Positions 45,652 through 58,611 of a DNA stretch of 64,000 nt are shown in pieces. A program made the translations under genes and the position numbers. The notes under the pieces were generated by a model that was not told the DNA's origin, made no database searches, and saw only the letters and a list, made by a program, of their open reading frames with translations. The stretch spans positions 806,001-870,000 of the forward strand of contig OZ251247.1 in the NCBI GenBank assembly GCA_965240325.2. The letters run 5' to 3'. This DNA comes from Rebecca billardiae RCC1528 (taxonomy: Eukaryota > Protista > Haptophyta). Every line of letters starts with the position of its first letter. Positions within the stretch are counted from its first letter, which is position 1.

Positions 45652-47106
45652 ATGGCTCGGACGCGCGCCCTCGCGAGCTCGCCGTCGCAGCCGCCGCTGG
45701 CGGGCCTGCCCCCGGAGCTGATCGAGCGCATACTGCACCACCTCGACGCCCCGGGTGATCTCGCCGCCGCCAACGCCACCTCGCGCCTCTTCCGCGGCGC
45801 GCCGGGCGGCCGCTCGCCGGTCGAGCACGCGCTGCGCGCTCGCGTGAGCGCGCGAGGGCTCGAGCGCGCCATCCCGACGGCCCTCCCGCCGGCGGCGTGC
45901 ACGTGGACGGCGGCACTGATGGTAGCGCTGTCGCGCACGCACGAGCTGGCGCGTGCTCACTCGGCTGTCGTCGCGTGCGCGTACAGCTTCAGCGCGTTTG
46001 TGGACGCGGAGGGCGGGCTGCACACGTGCGGCGAGGAGCAGGTGCGGGGAGGGTACCGCTCGCCGGCGGCGCTCGGAAACCCGTGCGTCTCGCCGGTGCT
46101 CCTACCGACACGCGTCGCCTCGCTCGGTGCGGTGCGCGTGGTGGCGGTGGCCGCTGGCACCCAGCACCTGCTCGCGCTGAGCGATGCTGGGACGGTGTAC
46201 GCGTGCGGCGGCAACGTCTGCGGCCAGCTCGGGCTGGAGGACACTGTCATGCAGCGGGCTTTCGAGCAGGTGCGGGGGGTCGTGGGCGAGCTCGTCGTAT
46301 GCATTGCTGCAGGCGCCTACCACAGCCTCGCGCTCACCGCCGCGGGCTGTGCGTACAGCTGGGGCGACAACCGCCACGGCCAGCTCGGCCACGGTGACAC
46401 GGAGGAGCGGCGGGAGCCGACGCGCATCGAGGCGCTGGACGGCGTGCGCGTGGGCGGGGTATCGACAGGGTTCGAGCACGCGCTGCTTCTCTCGACCAGT
46501 GGTGATGTCTACTCCTGTGGCTCTGGCCGCTCAGGCGCGCTCGGCCACGGCGACCGGCAGCATCAGCACACGCCGAGGCGCATCGAGGCGCTCGCCGGCG
46601 TGCGCGCCGTGCACGTGAGCGCGGGCAGGCTGCACAGCCTGGTGGTGGACGCGGATGGCGGCGTGCACTCCTGGGGCTTGAACGGACGAGGCTGCCTCGG
46701 ACACGGCGCCGAGGCCATGCAGCGCGTGCCCAAGCGCATCAGCGCGCTGGCGGGCGTGCACGCCGTGCGCGCGTGCGCTGGTTGCTACAGCAGCGCGGTG
46801 CTGGGCGCAGCCGGCAGCGTGCACACGTTTGGGGACAACAAGTGCGGCCAGCTGGGGCTCGAGGGGACGGCGTCGAGCGTCGCCCAGCCCACGCGCTTGG
46901 TTGGACATGGGCAGGCGCGCGTGGTGGACTGCGCGCTCGGCGGTGACCACGCGCTGTACGTCACGGCGGACGGTGCCGCGCACTCGTGCGGCGAGCGGTC
47001 GGCAGCGCTCGGCCTCGGCGTGAGCGCCGCCGATGGCGCAGGGCGGGGGCGCGTCCACTCACGCACGCGCATCGCGCAGCTGCCGCGCGTGGAGGCCCGC
47101 CTGTGA
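45652..47106 (+). CDS. F-box-like + RCC1-repeat protein, copy 9
   Basis: ATG 45652 (MARTRALASSPSQPPLAGLPPELIERILHHL); seven RCC1 blades; intact. Confidence 0.9.
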   Translation: MARTRALASSPSQPPLAGLPPELIERILHHLDAPGDLAAANATSRLFRGAPGGRSPVEHALRARVSARGLERAIPTALPPAACTWTAALMVALSRTHELARAHSAVVACAYSFSAFVDAEGGLHTCGEEQVRGGYRSPAALGNPCVSPVLLPTRVASLGAVRVVAVAAGTQHLLALSDAGTVYACGGNVCGQLGLEDTVMQRAFEQVRGVVGELVVCIAAGAYHSLALTAAGCAYSWGDNRHGQLGHGDTEERREPTRIEALDGVRVGGVSTGFEHALLLSTSGDVYSCGSGRSGALGHGDRQHQHTPRRIEALAGVRAVHVSAGRLHSLVVDADGGVHSWGLNGRGCLGHGAEAMQRVPKRISALAGVHAVRACAGCYSSAVLGAAGSVHTFGDNKCGQLGLEGTASSVAQPTRLVGHGQARVVDCALGGDHALYVTADGAAHSCGERSAALGLGVSAADGAGRGRVHSRTRIAQLPRVEARL

Positions 47107-48305
47107 GCGGCCGGTGCGTGGTGACTGCTGCCGTGGGCGGGTGGGCGTGCTCGGCAGAGCATCGACCCACGCGACTGAAGCTACCCGCGCGCCGCTGCGG
47201 CCAGTGCACTTGCTGTCTTGCAGCAGCAGCAACGACGACGCGCGACTACAATCGTCATCGTCAGCAGCGCAATGCATCATATGCATATGACTACGCGGTA
47301 CTTATAGTAACTGCTGCTGCTGCTGCTGCTGGCTGACTATAGCAGCAGTATTGATATATAGTAGTAGTACGGATGCGCTGAGTCCGCGTGATAGCCGTTA
47401 GCTGCTAGTGGCGCATCACGGTGGCCGGCATCGGCGATCTATGACCCGTTGCACGCGTGAGCGCCGAAAAAACGACACTTTGGCAGTGATAGTCATCACC
47501 GTCGCCGCATCGTGGGCATGCCGCTGCCGCCGCCGGCGGCGGCAGCGGGAGCGTAGCAGCAGATCTACCACCTTCCGCGTTACGCGCTGCGTCGTGCGCG
47601 CCAGGTGGCAGGTTTCCCAGGTCCGCCGCGCGGAAGGCAGCGTGAGCGGTCGGCGAGCGCACGGAGGTGAGAAGTAAGCGCGCATCGTGAGAGCTTCAGC
47701 AGCTTGCCCACGCGCTTCACGAAGGCGGTGCGGTTGCGTGCGCACGCCTTCTGTACCCGTACACGCGATCAAAGCGTGAGCCACTCCCTAGGTCTTGCCT
47801 GCGCATCGCGGGCCGCGCCTCGTCTCCTGAATCCTCGTTTACGAGGACAGCACGTGTATCTGTGTACGCGCTCGCGGCCGATGGCGGCTCCCCGCGTCGA
47901 GAGCCGTTTGGCTGGAGCCGCATCCAAGGGCATATATCGTCACGGCCCCACCCGATGCTGACGCTGAGGTGGCGTGCTTGCCGAAGGTAGCCGCATTGGC
48001 TGATCTCTCTGCCTTTGGGCAACCCTTTGCAACCGCGCCGGCTCACGCTGCCAGCGCGCGCGCGGCGTGGCTTCGTGGTGGACACCTGCCCTGGGTTTTG
48101 TCGTTCGTTCTCAGCGACGGTTGGGTCGATTGACATGCGGATTGGATTGGTGCATTGCGAATCGGCTTCGCAATGCACCATTGCGCTCGGATCGGCGCGG
48201 ACGTCAGCCATGCGGCAGCGCGAGCGACAAAACCGCGAGATTTCATACGCTTGTCGTTTTTTCATACGCTCACGGTTACTCACCCGTGCAACGGGTCCTA
48301 TACAT

Positions 48306-51165
48306 AGTGGGGTCAGAGCTCCGACGACTACCGTTACACTCTCGGGTGCCACAATCTGAGCTCGTCCCGAAATCTCTTAGCATGAACTATCACACGGGCA
48401 TTATTTATTACTTGGACGAACTAGTTAGTAGGCGTTAAGGCTTAATTTCAGGGTGTAGAATCCGCCTGTGCCAATTTCAGACTGCCAAAATGTGATCTAG
48501 ACGGTGCGATTCTGGTGCAAATAGCGAGATGATCACCTTGTCGAGATCGTGTATCTCCCCTACTAATGTTGCCGAGATCGCGTCGAGCCATTGAGGTCGT
48601 ATATCTCCAGTATGTGACATTTTTTCGCAAAACTTGTCAGCGTGACCCCAGCTCATTTCAGGCGGCGAATATTGGCATCTAGGGGGTCCATGACAGCAGC
48701 CCATTGATTTGTGATTTTCTTCAACCATGCGATTTAGGTGTCTGACGAGCGTGGCGCTTGCGGAGTCACTTACAAATATGTCCCAGAGCCCAGCCCAGCC
48801 GTTGGAAGCACTCAAAACCGACTCCGCGCGCCGTCGCGCGGTCGTGCGCGCACGCCAGCTGCGCCACTGTGTCACATACAGATTCAGCCAAACGTCAAGG
48901 ACTTGTTATGGCGGCTAAATGACGGTATGCCGTCGGACTTACTTATTCATAACCGTTGCAACCCGCCCCAACAAAATTAAGGTGGAATTGCTAAATTTTA
49001 GTAGGCATGATGAGTGCGCGTAGCGGTCGGTGAAAAACTACTCCAAGATCGAGCATTTTACCCATTCAATTAGAGATCCCCTACCCACACATACGCATAG
49101 ACTTACCCGTTTATATATAATACGGGTGCACTCTCCTATATATATTCATATTGGTGCCTATATGTGGGTACCGTGTTCAATATTGAGACTGGGTCATCCG
49201 AATAGGCGGCCGCCGCCGCGGAGCAGTCACTGCGGCTGCTCATGCCACTCGAACAGTGCCGCAGCAGGCCCGCACGGGCCTGATGCGGGCGGCGGGCTGC
49301 GTGCCGAGGCACACTAGCAAGACCACCTCTGAGCATGCCACCATCCCAACACTCGCAGGAGAGCCCTCCGGCTCCGCCGTCGAGGCTTGCGTGCGCAGAC
49401 TGGCAGTCGATTGCCGCCGCCAAGCTTGCCGCGGTCCGTTCGGCGACTTCCAAGCCCGTACTCTGTGTCACCGGCATCGTCGCCGTTCGTCGTACCCCGG
49501 CCCACGCGAGGCTGCCACCGGCTCACCACTACTGCGACGGACTGCGCGCGCTTCGCCACGCGCTCGCCCCGAAGCTCCGCCGCTCTCCTCTCGCGCTTGA
49601 GCTCGGCGCCGTCGGCAGCCATGGCCGCCCGCTCGGCCGCAGCGCGATCTGTGCCACAGCACGCGCTGCGCTCGGCTTCGTCGGCGCGCAAGCTGGCGCG
49701 CGCAGCGTCGGCGACGGCGCGCGCGGTCGCCTTGCGCGACGAGTCCAGCTCCACCTGCTGCTCCGAGATGATCGCGTGCTCAGCAGGAGTCACGCGCTGC
49801 TCGTGCAGCGGCACCGTCACGCGGCCTGATGCGGAAATGCGCGGCGCGTCAGCGTCGGGGTGCGAGTCGAGGTCGCGGAAGGGGCAGCTGACGTGGGCGG
49901 CGCCCAGCAACTGGTCGTCGGTGTCCAGCTCCGCCAACCTCTCCGCCGCCGACGCGCCCAGCTTCCGGCTCAGGATGCGCTCCACGTCCTGGCGCTTGCC
50001 CTTCGACCACCTGTGCACGGTCATCAGCCAGTTGCCGATCATCTCGAGCCGCGGCGAGTCGTGGCGCGCCGAGATGCCGTGCACGTCCGCGCAGGCGTGC
50101 GCGACCTTCTTGGGCTTCCTCATCCCACCGTCGCCCGCGGTCTGGGCGTACGCCGCGGTGAACACTCTGACCAACTGCTTGCGCTTCCTCAAGTTCTTCT
50201 CGAGCATGAGGTCCACGAGCGTGCGGAGGAGGTCGAGGAGCACGAAGTTGAGCACCGATGCGTACCGCGGGTGCGTGCCGGCCACGAAGTGGCAGCCAAA
50301 AGTGTGCATCACGTGAATGGCGCGCGCCGCCGCCGCCGTCTCCTCAACCTACTCCACGCGGACGTTGATGTCTGGCGGCAGCTCGAGCCTTGACTGCTGC
50401 ACGCCATCGTGGCCGTCCGCGGAGGAGGTGAGCCCCTCTGCGGTGCTGGCGGGGACCTCGGGCGGGTCGCACATGTCCATGGACACGCGCACATCATCAT
50501 CCGCCACGCCCTGGACCTCGTCATGCCCGGCGCGGCGGCCCGCAAGTTGGTCGGCGTCGAGCGCTCCTTGCGGCCGAGGCGTCGGGGGAGAGTCTGAGCA
50601 CGAGAGCGCGGTGTCGGGTGAGCGAGAAGGCTGCGTCGAGTCGTTGTCGATGTCCACCCCACCGCGTAGGTCATGTTCGTCTCCGCGTAGGTCGCCAGCA
50701 CGTGCTGCTAGGACTCGCTCCTTGGTCGCGAGCAGCACACGTTGAGCACGCAGATGCAAATTATGAAGCACGAGCTTCGGTTGAACCACGACTCCCAGCG
50801 AGAGCCCGGTCCGCACGAGTCATGGCTACCCGTCCGCAGCCGCCCAGCCGCTTGACGAGGCGCCTGCACCGAGGTGGGTGCGCCCAATGGCGAGCGGACG
50901 GCCGTCGATGAGGGCCATCAGCCTCGCCGACCCCGTTCAGAGCTCCGCTCCCGCGCCGGGGCCAGCCGAGCGCGGATTTGGAATCTGCCGATCGCGAAAA
51001 CCCGCCGAACAAGTTCTGAATGGAAAAGAAAAGAAAATCAAAACTCAATTTAATCTGATGGACCCCCTATGGCATCCCAAAGTTTGAGAGCCTCATTTCA
51101 AGACGACAGGAATAAGTTGGATTTTGGGCACACGCACCCCCCAGTGGGGCTCTGACCGCCCCTCT
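48306..51165. mobile_element. Probable decayed TIR DNA transposon, superfamily unresolved
   Basis: Low-GC ends. Inverted similarity of 48680-48722 (tagggggtccat...attga.tt.tgattttctt) to ~51030-51069, and of 48306-48375 (ggtcagagc...gtgcc..aatc...tcgtc..gaaat) to ~51095-51165. Encloses a broken ORF. No clear TSD. Confidence 0.5.
49314..50816 (-). pseudogene. Disrupted ORF of unknown function inside the putative transposon
   Basis: ORFs 50816-50349 and 50312-49314 share a frame and are separated by a single TAG (..INVRVE*VEETAAAARAIHVMHTFGCHF..). Composition is non-repetitive and protein-like. Confidence 0.5.
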
Positions 51166-51874
51166 AATCTATACATACGTACCCGGTACTTAGTCGTGCC
51201 GGCGGTCACTTTAGTCAGTGACGACAGAATGTCGTCGCACTGCTATACTACGATTTCGGGACCCGGAGGCGGCCGTCCGCGTCAGCCTGCGCCCGAGCCC
51301 GTCGTGACTTAGTAGTAATATTAGACGCGGCCATTGTCAGTTACAGGGTCGATCTGACGTATACGGTAGCAGCGCGAGTATTAATAGCTAGCCGAGTCGT
51401 CCGGCGCGCGCCGGGCTCGGCCTCGTCACGGCGCCGGCGCCGGCGGCCGGGGCCGCGTCCGCGAGCCGGGCGCGGGCGGTATTACGTGGCGGTAGTGATG
51501 ATGGGCAGTAGAGTACTACTACTAGTAGAGTGGCCGCGCCGGCATTGGTGCTGATGTACATCGTCGGTCGCAATTGAGGCGGCGCAGCAGCAGCTGAGCG
51601 CGGGCGAGGGCAACGCCCGCGGCCACGCGGCCGCCTCGGCGCCAGCGTGACATGCGCGAGTGACTCGTGCCGCCCAGAGGCCGGCCGCAGCGCGCGCGTG
51701 TGCCGCGCGCCCGCGCCAGCGCGCCGCTGCCCGACCGCAGCGCGCCGCGCGGGCGGCGCGTGCGCCAGCGTGATCTATAACCCGCCGGGCGTCAGCACCC
51801 AGCGGCGGCGGTGGCCCGGCGCCCTTATTCCAGCCAAAAGTCCGGCGGTGCCCGCACCAAAGACCGTGGCCAGC

Positions 51875-55430
<3,556 letters not shown>

Positions 55431-58199
55431 GGCGACGGGTGCGGAAGGGAGGGCGGCGGTGATGAAGGCGGTGCGACGGCGCCAGGCGACCGCGTGGCGG
55501 GCGCTGGCGGATTCCCTGGCGTCCGGCTCGATTTTGGCCGCCCACGCTGGACGAGGGAATTCAAGAACTCCACACGGCTCGAAAATCGCCATGCAGGCAT
55601 GCAGCTCGGTTTTTCGCGCGAGTGCGGCTTCTGCGAGTTGATTATTTGTTTTCATCGGCGGTTCGGCTTCGAGCGTATGCGCGATTCCACCGTGATGAAC
55701 ATATGATTGGTCGATCACCCACGTGCCTAACGACAATCAGTGTGGTATCGAACTGCGTTGATTGAGCGCTCGGAACCGCAATTCCAGTCCAGGACTTTGA
55801 CGATTCCAGACGATTGCAAGTGCGAGTAGTGTGAGTACTGCACTCATGCTGCACCCGTACCCGCATATAGTTGCTCCCGAGTAACGAGTACTATGATAGC
55901 TAGAACTCACGAGTACTACGATAGCTAGAACAACTAGCGCGTTGGAAGCCGGCCACGCCTCGGCCACGCCGGGTGGCTGGCCTGCCACCTCCCCGAAGAT
56001 CGTCCACGCCGCCACGCTAACTCGCACACCAGCGCGCGCCGTACGCGCGCGGCGCCACAGCCCCGCGCCGAGCGACGCGGTGCGAGCAACACACCGGCCG
56101 CGGCCTTCGGGACTCGCCGGCGGCCGCACGCGGCACGGCCTAACCGGGACGCGCCGGGCCGCACGGCACGGCCGTAACACCCCTGGTGTTGCGGCGGTGC
56201 CTGACCTTGCTGTTCGGGCGGGATGCGCCCGGGTGTGCACACCCACACACGGCCAGCCTCGCTGCTGCCCGCGCCGCCGGCACATCGACTCCCGGTTAAG
56301 GCCTGCCTTGGGGTTTTGGGCGGCGGACAATACGGTTCGGACCGTCTGGACTGACGAGTAGCCTCGCCGCGAGCTGATGGCCCCGCTCGCGCGCGTGTTC
56401 GGCGCGTCAGAGAAGGCCGCTCAGGTGGCAGTGGGCGCACCCGCGCGCCTGGCCCCAGCGCTCGCGCCGCGCGCCGCCGTCGGCCGTCAGGCGCGCGCGG
56501 CGCCCCTCCCGCGCTCCTCCGCCCCCGCGACCCGCGGCCCGCCGCTCACCCCGCTGCATGCGATTGCGAGGGCGCAGCGGAGAGCCAGGGCGCGAATCTG
56601 ACTCGTTCGCACTTACGCGCGCGGGGCGTGGCGCGCCGGGCCAGCGCATGTGTACTGCCGCCCTGTGCCGCCACGCTTCACCTCATCTCACTCCATGCCG
56701 GCGCGATTGAGCCCATCACGGCACCCAGCGCAGGCGCCGTGGCGCGGCCGACACCGCCGGCGCCGCCCCCGGGCGGGACCCGGCTCAGAGCTCAGCGCCC
56801 CCCACTGGCGCGCATCGTTTGCGCGCGTGCTGCACGGCTTCTCTGCGCGCGCGGCGACCTGCCCCGACGCGTCTGTGCATCGCGCCGTTGGCTCTGCGAC
56901 ACGGCTGTAATGTTTGAATGGCGCGCCGAGTGAGTCGGGCGCGCATGCCGACTAGTCACTCCGGACCGGGCCTGCTGATGGGCCGTGTCCGATGGCCCCC
57001 TCTCGCGCGCGAGCAGTGCGCGTCTTCGGGCGGCGGGCATGCGCGCAAGCGAGGGAGGGGTCTCCAAGGGACCGCCCGATGCCGACGAGCATTGGTCGGC
57101 CACGGTCTTCAGGCGGGCGCACCGCGCACGTGCGCGGGACTACTCACCGTCCGACGGCGCCGGTCCGCGGGTCGCCCGACGCACTGCGGTCTGAGGCCTC
57201 GCAGCGCGCGCGCCCTGCTCGCCATGGCGAAGGGAGGCAAGGAAGGAGCGGCCGCCGACGCGTAGAGGGGGCTCATCCTTGCCCCCGGGCGACGACCGGG
57301 CTCGTCGCCTTCGTCCGCGCCGACGCCGAGCAGTGCAGAGGCGCCGTCGCGTGAGTCGCGAGCTTTGCGCGAGCGCGGGTCAGTCCGACGGCGGTTTGCG
57401 CTTTCGCGCCAGGTACGCGGCTTAAAAGGGCGAGGCCTTTTTCGACGCTTCGAGGCCAGGCGTGGGTAACGCTGAATTTTTCGGCCGTCGAAAGCGCGCG
57501 CGCCTTCTTGGGCGGCGAAAAGGCGCAAAGGCCCTCTGCTCCTAGGCGCTTCTAAAAATGGCGCTCCTAGGCGCTTTTGAAAATCCGTATGATGTGCGCG
57601 AGTATTGTCCACGCGCCTCCTAGTCGGGACTGGGCGCGCGTTTACCCGGCTCTGCGGCGCCGCACGGCGAACTTCGATGTGGCTCCCGCATTTCCTTCGC
57701 TTTCTTTCGACGGGCTGCCGCGCGGCGCTTTCAACTTCGATCACCTTCCGCGGAGTTAAAACCGGTTGAGCCGATTACAATCGGTCACAGAATTAGTCTG
57801 GCTCGCCGACCAACCGGTGGCGCACTGGGCGAAACTGGCTCGTGTTTCCCCCCGCAGCTTCGGGCAGCTTCGACTCACGCGCTGATTGGCTGCGCCCGAT
57901 TCAGCGCCCCGAGGTCCCACCTCTCGGCCTCTAATTGAACTGCGCCCGAGTTGGAAGGCGATCGATGATGGGCCCGGAAGGCGCGAGAGCGCATTGCCTT
58001 GGGCGGCCCCACGCCACACGCCCCTGGCAGCCAACACAGCACTGGCGGCGCTCCTCCTCACCGCCTGGGGGGGACCACCGACCTTCGGCGCGCGCGCACG
58101 CACGCGCGCAGCCACACGCGCACCGGCGCGGGCGACGCACGGCCGGCGGGGCTCCTGGTGGACCCCTCCGCCGCGCGCGCACCGCTGCGCACGGCCAGC

Positions 58200-58416
58200 A
58201 TGGCCGACAACCAGAACCTCGAGCTGCTCGAGCGCGTGGCGTCTGCCGAGCGGCTGCTCGGCGTCGCCGCGGCCGCGGCGGCGCGCGGCGGCGGCGGGAG
58301 CGTACGCACCGCCGCCCGTGCGGAGGCGGAGCATGTAGACGCCGCCGCGCACGACCCGCGCGCCGGCTGGGCCGAGCGCGCCGCCGCGCCCACGCACGAC
58401 CCGCGCGCCGCCGAGC

Positions 58417-58459
<43 letters not shown>

Positions 58460-58573
58460 GGCCGAGTGGCACGGCGGCACGCCGGCGTTGCGCCCGCCGC
58501 CGTCGCCGCTCGCAAACGGCACCGTCGGGCCCTACCCCGCCGCGTCCGCGCCGGCGTGCGCGCCGCCGCCGCA

Positions 58574-58611
<38 letters not shown>

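Noticed and set aside
8253-47106. Diversity-generating retroelement as the source of loop hypervariability (many variable codons are NNC)
   Set aside because: No reverse transcriptase or template repeat in the window. The AAC (Asn) codon within the same loops is nearly invariant, some variants end in G or T, and third-position C is expected from the GC bias.
57340-57790. Lower-GC segment with repeated ctcctaggcgctt upstream of the HSF gene
   Set aside because: Could be a transposon fragment or a promoter, but I found no termini or target duplication to support a call.
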